Assembly (NCBI GenBank): GCA_045586845.1
Contig: JAZNBB010000011.1
Span: forward strand, 8,023-72,022
Origin: Eubacteriales bacterium
GTDB lineage: Bacteria > Bacillota > Clostridia > Oscillospirales > CAG-272
DNA: 64,000 nt
Direction of reading: 5' to 3'
Shown here: in pieces, positions 39,281-48,925 of the stretch
Layout: each line of letters begins with the position of its first letter
Numbering within the stretch: position 1 is the first letter of the stretch
The notes under the pieces: generated by a model
Databases searched by the model: none
What the model was told of the DNA's origin: nothing
The model's input: the letters and a program-made list of their open reading frames with translations, nothing else
Translations under genes and position numbers: made by a program

Positions 39281-40978
39281 TCAACGCAAAATAAAGATTC
39301 CCTTGGGTGCCTGGATATCGACCTTTTGAGAGCCGTCTGCATCCTTGGTGACCTTGATATAGATCTCGCCCTTGGGGGTGGGATACGTGCCCTCGACCCA
39401 GTCAAGATATGCAAGCTCAGGCTTGATCTCGTAGGTGTTGGGAGAGATGGAACGAACACCCATCACGTAAGAGGACATATACGGACAAGGACCGGAAGCC
39501 CAGCCGTGGCACAGCGAATGACGGAATTTGACGTAGCAATATGCACCGTAATCGCCGTGAATATCGATCTTGCCCTCCGGCACGATCTCATCAATTCTGC
39601 CTGCATTCTCCATCCAGGAAAGGTGGAAGTCCTCCCAGAACGTGGTAGCACCCATATCCAGCATGCCGCCCCAATATTCCTTGATATCGTCAAGCGCACC
39701 CGCAAAATCGCCCGCCAACGCCTTTGCCTTGAGAATATAGTAGCCAAAGAAGGTAGAATAGCCGTGTCCGCCGCCGGGAGCGATCATCTTTTCGTTGGTC
39801 TCCTTGGCGTCAGCCAATCCTGCCAGTACCAGCAACGCGGCAGCCTGCTTGGAGCCACAGGGATCGGGCACGTGCTTTCTCATGCGAACGGCTGCCATGG
39901 CGCACTTTTCCGCAAGGGCAACGTCACCCAGTGTATACAAGAGCGAGGTGCCCTTATCAAGCGCGATCTTGAGAAGACCTTGCAGACCTGCATGGATGGC
40001 ACCGGGGTTGTCGTTGTTGGGCCAGTCCATAAATCTGTTCTCGGGCATATGCTCCACACCGTCCTCATCCACACAGTCGGCAAGCACGTTCATCAGATCA
40101 TGAATGTACTCTCGTTGCTGAGACAAATACACCGTGTCACCCACGGTCCTGTACCAGTCGTGCTGAATGATCAGCCACCACATGGAATAAGAGGAGATGC
40201 CGTTCATCCAGGTGCCGACGGGGGTCTCGTCGCGCACCACATCCAGGGACTTGGGCACGATATCGGTATACCCGAAGGTGGTCAGAATGGTCTTGACCTC
40301 GGTATGCATATCACCGATCCAGACAAGTCTGTCACGCTTAATGCCATCCCACAAATATTCCTGCATATTCAGGTGCGCGGTATATGCGGCGGTATCCCAG
40401 ATCTGGTTAAGTCTCTCATCCGAGCAACGGAAAGTGCCCTTATACTCCAGATCCATATAGTGGAATACACCTTGAATTGCCTTGAAGGTAATGGATGCAC
40501 TCTCGTCAAGCAGCTCTACATACAAAAAACGGTAACCGGTCTCGTTGGTCTCAACGCCGGAATACATACCCAAACTGTATACGCTGTCACGAATGGCATG
40601 GTCGTTGGTAGTATTTTTCTCGCCAAGAGGCGTCAAAGCCTCCATAACGCTCTCACCGAAACGGACTGCGACACGTGCCGCACCGTTATGTCCGGGTCCC
40701 TGAGTCATCCAGGTGTGGAAGCGTGCAGAGCCGGCAAACTCAATGCCAAAGTCTAAAAGAATTGCCGCATGGGGCTTGCCGGGTTCGTTTTTGAGCGTGC
40801 AGTTGTCCTTGCCAACGACCAGCGTGATCTGATTGCTCTTTTCGTCAAGCAGGTTCTCTGCGCCCATGACGTTGCCCTTTGTCAGAACGATTCTCTTGGG
40901 AACCAAGTATCTTCTTGTACGGGGATCGACGTTTTCGCCCGCAAGAGCAGTAAATTTTTCAATTACCTTTTTTGCCAT
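39281..40978 (-). CDS. Alpha-L-rhamnosidase (GH78)
   Basis: 'LLDFG', 'WDGIKRDRLVWIGD', 'GATTFWEDF', 'RHSLCHGWASGP'. Confidence 0.92.
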   Translation of the reverse strand: MAKKVIEKFTALAGENVDPRTRRYLVPKRIVLTKGNVMGAENLLDEKSNQITLVVGKDNCTLKNEPGKPHAAILLDFGIEFAGSARFHTWMTQGPGHNGAARVAVRFGESVMEALTPLGEKNTTNDHAIRDSVYSLGMYSGVETNETGYRFLYVELLDESASITFKAIQGVFHYMDLEYKGTFRCSDERLNQIWDTAAYTAHLNMQEYLWDGIKRDRLVWIGDMHTEVKTILTTFGYTDIVPKSLDVVRDETPVGTWMNGISSYSMWWLIIQHDWYRTVGDTVYLSQQREYIHDLMNVLADCVDEDGVEHMPENRFMDWPNNDNPGAIHAGLQGLLKIALDKGTSLLYTLGDVALAEKCAMAAVRMRKHVPDPCGSKQAAALLVLAGLADAKETNEKMIAPGGGHGYSTFFGYYILKAKALAGDFAGALDDIKEYWGGMLDMGATTFWEDFHLSWMENAGRIDEIVPEGKIDIHGDYGAYCYVKFRHSLCHGWASGPCPYMSSYVMGVRSISPNTYEIKPELAYLDWVEGTYPTPKGEIYIKVTKDADGSQKVDIQAPKGIFILR

Positions 40979-41163
40979 GTTGAATACCCTTTCTGTATGT
41001 ATAAGGTGTTTTTGCGTTGGTATTAACCTTGTTCATTATATCATATACTTTTGTCAAATGCAATAAGATTGTGAAAATTATAGCAGTTTTTTACTGCAGA
41101 TCGGCAAAGAAAAACCCCGAGCCGTGCATGCACAGCTCGGGGGAGTTTCAAATGCTTTTCGCA

Positions 41164-41763
41164 TCACCTTTCATAATCGCTGAAATCAAACTTGACCTGT
41201 CCGTCTTGGTTCTCATAACCAATATTTTTAATGCTTTGGCACGTGTGTACAAAATAGGTATCGGATTCCCCGGTCTGATCTACCGCGCAAAGATAAAAAT
41301 AAAGCGTTCCTTGTTCACCCTCCAAGTATTCCGTGGGAATTGTAATCTCCTCGCTATATTTGTATTTCAAGTTTTGCCAGGTTCTTCTGATTGCGTACTG
41401 ACTGCCGTCAATATCGGCATCGCTGTATTCCACCAGCAAGGTATAGCCCTCAATATTTTGATAATCCGCAATTGTTCTGTCATCCCTGTCGTAATACAAT
41501 CCCCGATCCTGATTACTTACGTAAAGCGCGAGTCTATAGTAGCCGAAGGTGCAATACCCGTGCTGATCATCGGTTGCAAAATACATAGTCATGGTGGCGT
41601 CGTCTACGTCCATATATGATCTTGATGCCCCAAGATCAAAGCTGGGCAACGTCCGATCAACGGATTCAAACAGCGAAACAAACGATTTTGTTTTTTGCGC
41701 GCAGCCCGTGAAGCACACAAGCAACAAAAGACATATCGCCAGACATAAAATTTTGTTTTTCAT
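41164..41763 (-). CDS. Hypothetical lipoprotein
   Basis: Signal peptide with lipobox 'FTGC'; AAAGGAGG SD; more AT-rich than neighbouring genes. Confidence 0.75.
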   Translation of the reverse strand: MKNKILCLAICLLLLVCFTGCAQKTKSFVSLFESVDRTLPSFDLGASRSYMDVDDATMTMYFATDDQHGYCTFGYYRLALYVSNQDRGLYYDRDDRTIADYQNIEGYTLLVEYSDADIDGSQYAIRRTWQNLKYKYSEEITIPTEYLEGEQGTLYFYLCAVDQTGESDTYFVHTCQSIKNIGYENQDGQVKFDFSDYER

Positions 41764-41783
41764 AATATCCTCCTTTGTAACGT

Positions 41784-42080
41784 TTATTGAATGGTCAGTA
41801 CCAATGTATTGCTGCTGTTAGCCAAATGCCATGCAGCATCTCGAGATACATCACTAATGTACGTTTCCGTCTCAGTTTTATATGTATATAATTTGCATTG
41901 TCTCTTTGAACCGTCATTGGATACAGCCTCTATTGATAATATACCAAATTCATCGGTAGCATTAAATTGTATCCTGCCCGTGTCTGTCGAGGATGAAATC
42001 ACTTCAATTCCTTCTGTAACTATATTATACTCAACAACATCACGATCGTCAATCGTTAATTCGGACACCTCCGAATTCTC
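41784..42080 (-). pseudogene. AT-rich ORF fragment, probably a truncated gene
   Basis: 94-codon frame with no well-spaced SD, in-frame TAA just upstream (IFS*ENSEV), visibly AT-rich. Confidence 0.4.
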
Positions 42081-42102
42081 TTATGAAAATATTAGTCGGT
42101 TT

Positions 42103-43020
42103 TTACGGCCAAAGCGCATCATTGAGATAACACTTGATCGACTCCTCCAACCAATAGGTATATTCCATATCGGGCGCTAAGTGCTCCATGGATTTGAAGC
42201 GCAGGTACAGATCCTTGCCGTCCGATACGTCGTGCCAAATATCGGCAAACACAAAGTCAAATTCTTCGCGCGGATAATGCTCAGCGGCAAACTCAAACGC
42301 ATCGGCGTGCACGATCCTGATCTTATCCTTACACTCCATTTGCGGCAGGAGATTTTGCTCAAAGAGCCGGATCGCATCCGCGCCGATATCCACCACGGTC
42401 ACCGACTCTACCTCGGGCTTTCTTGCTGCCATATACGCGAAATAACCAAGTCCCAGCCCAAACGTCAGCACTCTACCGTGCGCCCGATCCAGCGCGGGCT
42501 GCGTGGTAACGGTCTCGTTGGGCATCAGCGTCATCCATTCCCTGCCGTTCTCCAGCACTCCCGGGAACTTGAACTCGCGCATGAAAAAGCCCAGCTGCGG
42601 GATCATACGGTTATCTCTTGTTACCAAAAAGTCGTTGCAAACAAACACCTCACAGGGCGCAAGCTTCATCTGCCTGTATTCCCATTTGCCGATCTTACCC
42701 GGATTGATCCTGATATTTTGATAATACGCGTTTTCCTCAAAATCCGCGGGATCAAGTTCGCATATCATAGGCACGAAATAATGGCGGAACAGATCGCGGT
42801 CTCGTCCCGAGGTATCAAGACCGCAAAGGGCTGCCAAACACTCGGCATACGCATACGCGCGGCTAACGCCGCATTCGCGTGCGATCTCATCCACGACTTT
42901 GGCATCCAGTGCATCTGCAGCCAAATTGAGCATTACGCTCATCATGCGCACCACGCCGTCGTTATAGGTGCGTATGGTTTCCGGGCGCAGCCCGGATATT
43001 TGCTTGATGGGGGTTTCCAT
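42103..43020 (-). CDS. Class I SAM-binding protein (spermidine synthase/methyltransferase-like)
   Basis: 'VLTFGLGLGY', 'VTVVD', 'ADAF', 'FDFVFADIW'; GGGAGG SD before ATG 43020. Confidence 0.8.
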   Translation of the reverse strand: METPIKQISGLRPETIRTYNDGVVRMMSVMLNLAADALDAKVVDEIARECGVSRAYAYAECLAALCGLDTSGRDRDLFRHYFVPMICELDPADFEENAYYQNIRINPGKIGKWEYRQMKLAPCEVFVCNDFLVTRDNRMIPQLGFFMREFKFPGVLENGREWMTLMPNETVTTQPALDRAHGRVLTFGLGLGYFAYMAARKPEVESVTVVDIGADAIRLFEQNLLPQMECKDKIRIVHADAFEFAAEHYPREEFDFVFADIWHDVSDGKDLYLRFKSMEHLAPDMEYTYWLEESIKCYLNDALWP

Positions 43021-43153
43021 ATCGTCCTCCCTGTGTATGATTGCCCCAATTATAGCACATTTTATCCTTGCCGTCAAGTTGTGGTGTGCTCTTGACAACG
43101 ACATATTATTTTGATAGAATAATACATATCCGATTATAAAAAAGGAGCATAGC

Positions 43154-43543
43154 ATGAAGCGTTTTTTCGCGCAACGATGGGTGCAAGTATGCCTTTTGCA
43201 CGTTGGCATTCTTGCAGTTGTGGCAACACTGGTGGCATTGTTTTCATGGATATTTGACGGCATATGCCCGACATACACGCTGTTTGACGTTTGCTGCCCC
43301 TTTTGCGGCATGACACGCGCACACTTGGCGGCTTTGCGCTTGGATTTTACAGCAGCGTTTTCATACCACCCTGCATTTTTTGCGGGTCTGCCCTTTTTGT
43401 GGCTGCTGATTCACAAAGGGCTTTTTGAAAAAAAGCGGACAGCTGTGCTTTGGTGGATACTTACCGCAACGCTTGGCGCTCTGCTTTTAGGTACGTACAT
43501 CACACGTGTGATCATCACGGGAGGATTTGATTTTTTTGCATAA
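43154..43543 (+). CDS. DUF2752 membrane protein
   Basis: 'CP......CPFCGMTRA........AFSYHP'. Confidence 0.85.
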   Translation: MKRFFAQRWVQVCLLHVGILAVVATLVALFSWIFDGICPTYTLFDVCCPFCGMTRAHLAALRLDFTAAFSYHPAFFAGLPFLWLLIHKGLFEKKRTAVLWWILTATLGALLLGTYITRVIITGGFDFFA

Positions 43544-43579
43544 ATACTACGGAAGCGCACCGACAAAACTGAAACCGAA

Positions 43580-43612
43580 ATGGTAAGGGAGGATATGATC
43601 CTCCCTTACCAT
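43580..43612. repeat. 15-bp perfect-arm palindrome, REP-like
   Basis: ATGGTAAGGGAGGAT-atg-ATCCTCCCTTACCAT; no T-tail. Confidence 0.55.
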
Positions 43613-43749
43613 GGTTCGTCCTTCACATTGATATCACTCACTCCATTCTTTTGGAGTTTTTTTATTGCGGACAACCATATTGACAAACACAGTATGACAA
43701 TATATAATTATAGTACCGATTTTTCGAATGGAACGGAGCAACGAGCAGC

Positions 43750-45093
43750 ATGCAAAGGCACAAGATGACCATGGGGCAGGTCTTTAATTTCAAGGACCCC
43801 AACGCGCGCACGCGCTGTATTTTAGTCATATCGGTAGCTCTTGAGGCGGTGATCACCTACATCACCACGGGAATTTTCTGGACCGAATTTTTGCGCGGCT
43901 ACCATATGGAGCCCGAGGAGATCGGTATTCTCGCCTTCTCTCCTTTTATCGCGGGGCTTTTCGTCATCTTTGCGCCCTCCCTGCTCACCCGATTCAAAAA
44001 ACGTCGTTTCGTACTTGCAGCCTGCAAGCTCTTGTACTATGTGTGCAGCATTTTCGCGCTGACACTGCTGCCGCGCTTGGTGTCAGATGCCACGTTACTG
44101 ATCATTTTTATGTCTGTGCTGCAGTTTATCGCTTACATATTTAACATCATTGCAGTTTCCGGCTACGCCGCCTGGCACGTCAAGTTTCTGCCTGAGCGTA
44201 TGCGCGCGCATTACATGACATTTAATCAATTCTCCGCCGCACTGCTGCCCGGCATTCTGATCATGGTTGCTGCCGTGTATGCCGATCAGCTTGCCGCCAT
44301 ACCCGCTGAGCAGCTGGTATTTCTCGAGTGGGTGCGTCATTTTGGCTTTTTGTTAGGGATTGTGGATGTGGTACTGCTCTCGCTGCCCCGCGAGGTGGAC
44401 TACCCGGTCATTCACACGCCCAAATTTCGTGACATCATCTCCGTTCCCCTCTCCAACAAAAAGTACCTGCTTGGCATGGTCGTGGTATTTGCATGGCAAT
44501 TCTCACTGTACTGCCACAATACCTTTTTGCAGGTCTACCTGATGGACACCATCGGCATTACCTATTTCCTTTACTGCTTTATCATCTTTGTCTATCCCTT
44601 CTTTTTCCCATTCTCTATGAAATTCTGGCAAAACAGAATTCAAAAAACCTCTTGGCTGCGTGCACTGGCACTCGCTCTCTTGATCGAAGCACCTTTACAA
44701 CTTGTATATGCGCTCATACGCCCCGATCTCGCTCCGTGGCTGCTGGTAAGTATGCTGCTGTTCATTCGCCTGCCGCAGCATTTTGCAGGCGTGGGACGCA
44801 ACACCATTGTGGCAAATATGCAATATATCAATATGCCGCAGGTCAACCGTACCTGCTACACCTCATTTTATCAGATCGTGTTCAACTTGGGCGCGGCTGC
44901 GGGATTGTTGTTCGGCACAGTATTTGTTGCCTTCTCCAAAAATTTTGCCCTGCCTCTGTTCGGGTACACGTATACGGGCGGTATTCCGTGGTTGATCGCG
45001 TTTTCGGGCATCATTCAGCTGGGCATTGTGGCATACATACTGCTCATGGGCAACCGCCTTGAACCTGCAGCAGAACAGAAAGGAGACATATGA
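43750..45093 (+). CDS. MFS transporter
   Basis: About 12 hydrophobic helices in a 6+6 layout; upstream TTGACA-N17-TATAAT at 43680-43708. Confidence 0.8.
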   Translation: MQRHKMTMGQVFNFKDPNARTRCILVISVALEAVITYITTGIFWTEFLRGYHMEPEEIGILAFSPFIAGLFVIFAPSLLTRFKKRRFVLAACKLLYYVCSIFALTLLPRLVSDATLLIIFMSVLQFIAYIFNIIAVSGYAAWHVKFLPERMRAHYMTFNQFSAALLPGILIMVAAVYADQLAAIPAEQLVFLEWVRHFGFLLGIVDVVLLSLPREVDYPVIHTPKFRDIISVPLSNKKYLLGMVVVFAWQFSLYCHNTFLQVYLMDTIGITYFLYCFIIFVYPFFFPFSMKFWQNRIQKTSWLRALALALLIEAPLQLVYALIRPDLAPWLLVSMLLFIRLPQHFAGVGRNTIVANMQYINMPQVNRTCYTSFYQIVFNLGAAAGLLFGTVFVAFSKNFALPLFGYTYTGGIPWLIAFSGIIQLGIVAYILLMGNRLEPAAEQKGDI

Positions 45094-46610
45094 AATATAA
45101 AATTCCATGCATTATATTGCTGTGCGCCATGCTTCTGCCCCTGCTTGCAGCTTGCAATACGGGCACACGGCAAGAGCAGCTGACCGACACACAGCCCGAA
45201 GCACAAACCGAAACCGACGATGGGCGCACCACGGTCGAGATCGTGTCTCCTATCCCGAATGCCGTCACGTTTACGGGCGGAGAACCCGTGCAGGACGTAA
45301 CCGACACCGCATTCGTACCCGTGTCGTTTACGGTCAAATTCGGCTACGTTTACGAGGGCTACGAGATCGACGGTAAACTTTATGATGGCACCGAGATCGC
45401 GCTTGATCGGGTGGAAAAGGACACCAAGGTCCTGCTCAAGCTGGACTACGCGACGCGCGAGCTGCCCATCGTGCATCTGAACGTGGGAGATGCGAGCATC
45501 AACTCTAACGAGATATACACGGACGTGACCTTTGACCTTGTCAACACCGAGGAAGAGCTGATCGGCTTGACGGGCGGTATACGTCTGCGCGGCAATTCCA
45601 CCTCGGGCTACCCCAAAAAGCCCTACCGCATCAAATTTGATCAAAAAGTATCTCTGTTCGGACTTGAGAAGGCTAAAAGCTGGGTGCTGCTGGCAGAATA
45701 TCTTGACCCCTCCTGTATGCACAACTACACCGCATTTCACTTAGGGGCGACCTCGGACGCGTTGAATTTTACACCAACCGCGCACCACGTCAACGTGTAT
45801 CTCAACGGCGAATACGTAGGACTGTACACGCTGTGTGAACAGGTGCAGGAAAACACGGGGCGCATGAACCTGAAACAGACCATCACGCCGGACATGACCA
45901 ACCTTGATGATTTCAACTTCTACGTGTGCCTTGATGAGGATGCACAGTTTGATCCGAATGCCGTGGAGGGCGAGGACTACTTCTACGTTGCATGGTGCAA
46001 CAAGTACTTCTCTCTCAAATATCCCAAAAAAGAAGACTTTTGCTCGGACGAGCAGTTTTATTCCTTTTTTGCACAATTAGAGGATCATTATCACACAGTG
46101 CTGGATGCTTGTCGAGACGGCAATACCAAAAAAATGAAAAGATATATGGACGTGGAATCCCTGATCGATCACATGATCATTGACCAGATCATGGGAGAGA
46201 GAGACCACGTGTGGAAATCGTTTTACTCTTATCAGATCGCAGGCGAAAAGCTTGCGTTCGGGCCTATCTGGGATTACGACTACAGCCTGTACGTGCCCTG
46301 GACCGACGCGCCCAACGAATATTACACCGTAGACAGCAAGATCGAATATTCCAACGAGTTTTTCCGTGGCGTGGCGCGCTCGGATGAGCTTTACGAGCTG
46401 CTTTGTGAGAGGTATCAGGCACACTACTCGGACGCACTGGACGACTGCATCGACCATGTGCGGGACTATAAGGGCGACATATCCGAATCGCTTGTACTAA
46501 ACCAAGAGCGATGGTATGAGGATAAGCCCGACTTGACCGAGGACAATTACGATTTTCTGGTCAAGTTTCTCAAAGACAGAAAAAAGGTGTTGGATCGGGC
46601 GTGGAGATAA
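45090..46610 (+). CDS. CotH kinase family lipoprotein
   Basis: Lipobox 'LAAC'; 'RGNST....KKPYRIKF', 'WVLLAEYLD', 'YLNGEYVGLY.LCE', 'GPIWDYD'. Confidence 0.88.
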   Translation: MKYKIPCIILLCAMLLPLLAACNTGTRQEQLTDTQPEAQTETDDGRTTVEIVSPIPNAVTFTGGEPVQDVTDTAFVPVSFTVKFGYVYEGYEIDGKLYDGTEIALDRVEKDTKVLLKLDYATRELPIVHLNVGDASINSNEIYTDVTFDLVNTEEELIGLTGGIRLRGNSTSGYPKKPYRIKFDQKVSLFGLEKAKSWVLLAEYLDPSCMHNYTAFHLGATSDALNFTPTAHHVNVYLNGEYVGLYTLCEQVQENTGRMNLKQTITPDMTNLDDFNFYVCLDEDAQFDPNAVEGEDYFYVAWCNKYFSLKYPKKEDFCSDEQFYSFFAQLEDHYHTVLDACRDGNTKKMKRYMDVESLIDHMIIDQIMGERDHVWKSFYSYQIAGEKLAFGPIWDYDYSLYVPWTDAPNEYYTVDSKIEYSNEFFRGVARSDELYELLCERYQAHYSDALDDCIDHVRDYKGDISESLVLNQERWYEDKPDLTEDNYDFLVKFLKDRKKVLDRAWR

Positions 46611-46649
46611 CGAAAAAGCGCTTAGATCTCCCCACTTTTGTCATATTAA

Positions 46650-46782
46650 GACGCACCGGGAAGGATCTGGTATGAGGCATACCGGAGGAAACAGAAACAG
46701 AGATCGAATTTTATATTCCAATGACGGCTTGATGTTTGTAACGTACGATCATTACCACACCTTTTACGAAATTTTACATTAA
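46650..46782 (+). pseudogene. Barnase/binase-like ribonuclease C-terminal remnant, frameshifted
   Basis: DAPGRIWYEA (46650-46679), +1 shift, then TGGNRNRDRILYSNDGLMFVTYDHYHTFYEILH*; aligns to barnase GRTWREADINYTSGFRNSDRILYSSDWLIYKTTDHYQTF. Confidence 0.85.
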
Positions 46783-46792
46783 GGAGCATCCA

Positions 46793-47116
46793 ATGAGCAA
46801 AGAAAAATATACGATAGATTTCTCAAACGTCAACCATTACTTTGAGATGCACGCTATCATAAAGGAAGCATTGGATTTCCCCGATTATTATGGCTGTAAC
46901 TGGTCTGCTTTTTGGGATTGCCTGACAGATATGTACGGAGAACCCATACACATCGAAATCATCGGGCTTGATGTGATGGAAAGAAAATTCGGTGAAAGCA
47001 ACGCCGCCAAAATGATTGAAATTTTGAAACGCTTCAAGCACTTCAATCACGACTTGTTTTCAAATGACATCATGATCGAGATCATCAGCGGTGACACTCG
47101 TATAAACCTGCAGTAA
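46793..47116 (+). CDS. Barstar family ribonuclease inhibitor
   Basis: 'IDFS......MH..IKEALDFPDYYGCNWSAFWDCLT'; AAGGAG SD. Confidence 0.92.
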   Translation: MSKEKYTIDFSNVNHYFEMHAIIKEALDFPDYYGCNWSAFWDCLTDMYGEPIHIEIIGLDVMERKFGESNAAKMIEILKRFKHFNHDLFSNDIMIEIISGDTRINLQ

Positions 47117-47184
47117 AAAATTTTCGCCTTTGCATAACTTCTCATAAGGAAGTTTCGACCGATCATAAAAATTACTCTATCATA

Positions 47185-47213
47185 TTGACAATCCTGCCAA
47201 ACAGTGCTATACT
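47185..47213 (+). promoter_or_regulatory. Sigma-A promoter
   Basis: TTGACA-N17-TATACT with extended TG. Confidence 0.75.
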
Positions 47214-47235
47214 GAAAGAAACAAAAAAAGGAGCT

Positions 47236-47346
47236 ATGACAATGTCTGTATTCGCTTACGTACTGAATAACGAAAACGTGCGCGGCATGTACCCCATGAA
47301 TTGGGATACGTCGGGCTTGTATTGTCATACCCATTTTTCAAGATAA
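47236..47346 (+). CDS. 36-aa leader or small peptide MTMSVFAYVLNNENVRGMYPMNWDTSGLYCHTHFSR
   Basis: AAAGGAG SD immediately after the promoter; below the length cutoff of the ORF track. Confidence 0.6.
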   Translation: MTMSVFAYVLNNENVRGMYPMNWDTSGLYCHTHFSR

Positions 47347-47375
47347 CCGATAGGCTATCGATATTTGGATATTGA

Positions 47376-47417
47376 CGGTGCAAGTCGTAAAAAGCGATTT
47401 GCACCGCTTTTATTTTT
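47376..47417 (+). terminator. Attenuator-like terminator upstream of the methyltransferase
   Basis: CGGTGCAAGTCG-taaaaag-CGATTTGCACCG then CTTTTATTTTT, directly before the GGAGG SD. Confidence 0.7.
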
Positions 47418-47427
47418 GGAGGAGAGT

Positions 47428-48222
47428 ATGGAAAGACTTGAAGCACTCAAAAATTACTACGAAAGTCACGACGAACACGCGCGCCTTGGCTCGCTTCACG
47501 GCTCGGTGGAGTTTCTGACCACCGTGCACTATATTGAAAAATATTTAAAGCCCGGCATGACCATTTTAGAAATCGGTGCGGGCACGGGACGTTATTCGCA
47601 TTATTTTGCGCAAAAGGGCTACGACGTGACCGCTGTGGAGCTGATGGAATGCAATATTGAAGTTTTCAAGCAAAACACCGCAGAGGGCGAAAACGTCTCG
47701 ATCTCGCAGGGCGACGCGGTTGACCTTTCCGACTTCCCCTCGGACACGTATGACGTCACGCTCCTGCTCGGTCCGATGTACCACCTGTACACCGACGGGG
47801 ATAAGCAAGCCGCCCTTTCCGAAGCGGTACGTGTCACCCGCCCGGGCGGTACAATTTTCACCGCATACTGCAACAGCGACATGACGGTCTACCAGTTCTG
47901 CTTTGCGCGCGGCGGTATTCACGATCCGCAATACAAGGATCTGATCAATTACGAAACCTTTGCGCTGAGCTCCACGCCCGCTGAGATATTTTCCCTTTAC
48001 CGCAAAGAGGATATTGACGCGCTGGTGAGTCCCCTGCCCGTACGCAGGTTGCATTACGTGGGAGCGGATATGCTGACGCATTATATCGGCGGTGCGGTGG
48101 ACGCCATGGACGAGGAAACCTTTGCGCTTTACATGAAATATCACCTCTCCATTTGCGAGAGAGGCGACATGGTGGGCGCAACGAATCACATTTTGGACGT
48201 ATTGAGGAAGAAAAGAACATGA
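47428..48222 (+). CDS. Class I SAM-dependent methyltransferase
   Basis: 'ILEIGAGTGRY', 'AVEL', 'GDA.DL', 'LLGPMYHL'; GGAGG SD before ATG 47428. Confidence 0.9.
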   Translation: MERLEALKNYYESHDEHARLGSLHGSVEFLTTVHYIEKYLKPGMTILEIGAGTGRYSHYFAQKGYDVTAVELMECNIEVFKQNTAEGENVSISQGDAVDLSDFPSDTYDVTLLLGPMYHLYTDGDKQAALSEAVRVTRPGGTIFTAYCNSDMTVYQFCFARGGIHDPQYKDLINYETFALSSTPAEIFSLYRKEDIDALVSPLPVRRLHYVGADMLTHYIGGAVDAMDEETFALYMKYHLSICERGDMVGATNHILDVLRKKRT

Positions 48223-48797
48223 AAAAAACATTAGTCATCATCACAGGCCCGCACGCGGTGGGCAAAATGACGGTTGGGCAGGAGCTTGCCAAGATCACGG
48301 GCTTGCGCCTGTTTCATAACCATATGTCGATTGAGCTGGCTCTCCGGCTGTTTGATTTCGGCACGCCCGCATATCGCGCGCTCAACGAAACCATCCGCAA
48401 GACCGTGTTCGAGCAGTTTGCCACGGGCGATCTTCCCGGACTGATCTTTACTTACATGATCGACTTTGACGAGCCGAGTGAATTTTTGTATCTGGGCGAG
48501 ATCATAGAGCTGTTTTCGTCGCACGGCGCAGATTGCCACGTTGTCGAGCTGTGCGCGGATTTTGACGAGCGTATCGAGCGCAACAAGAGCGAAAACAGAC
48601 TTGCCAACAAGGAATCCAAGAGAAACGTGGAATGGAGCGAGGCCGAGATGCGCCACACAGCCGCGACACACCGCCTCAATTCCCGCGAGGATGAAGTGCT
48701 GCCGTTCGAGAGTTATATCAAGATCGATAACACAAACCTTGCACCCGACCGAGTGGCAAGCATGATCAAGGAACGGTTTGGAATTGAAGGAAATTAA
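48219..48797 (+). CDS. P-loop kinase (shikimate/nucleotide kinase-like)
   Basis: 'ITGPHAVGKMTVG', 'LFHNH', 'ERIERN..ENRL..K.SKR'. Confidence 0.85.
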   Translation: MKKTLVIITGPHAVGKMTVGQELAKITGLRLFHNHMSIELALRLFDFGTPAYRALNETIRKTVFEQFATGDLPGLIFTYMIDFDEPSEFLYLGEIIELFSSHGADCHVVELCADFDERIERNKSENRLANKESKRNVEWSEAEMRHTAATHRLNSREDEVLPFESYIKIDNTNLAPDRVASMIKERFGIEGN

Positions 48798-48830
48798 AGC
48801 AAACACCAAGGACTCCGTCAATCTCCGTGC

Positions 48831-48900
48831 GTAGGGGCGATTCAAGAATCGCCCGACAGTGCATATTATCATTCGCGGGCGATTCGTGAATCGCCCCTAC
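48831..48900. repeat. Inverted REP doublet (REPIN-like), GTAG family
   Basis: GTAGGGGCGATTCAAGAATCGCCC, 22-nt spacer, GGGCGATTCGTGAATCGCCCCTAC. Confidence 0.85.
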
Positions 48901-48925
48901 GATTTATACAGAAAGGAGAACTTCC

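Noticed and set aside
43021-43311. N-terminal extension of the 42103 ORF overlapping DUF2752
   Set aside because: A GGGAGG SD supports ATG 43020; the extension crosses a divergent promoter region and another gene
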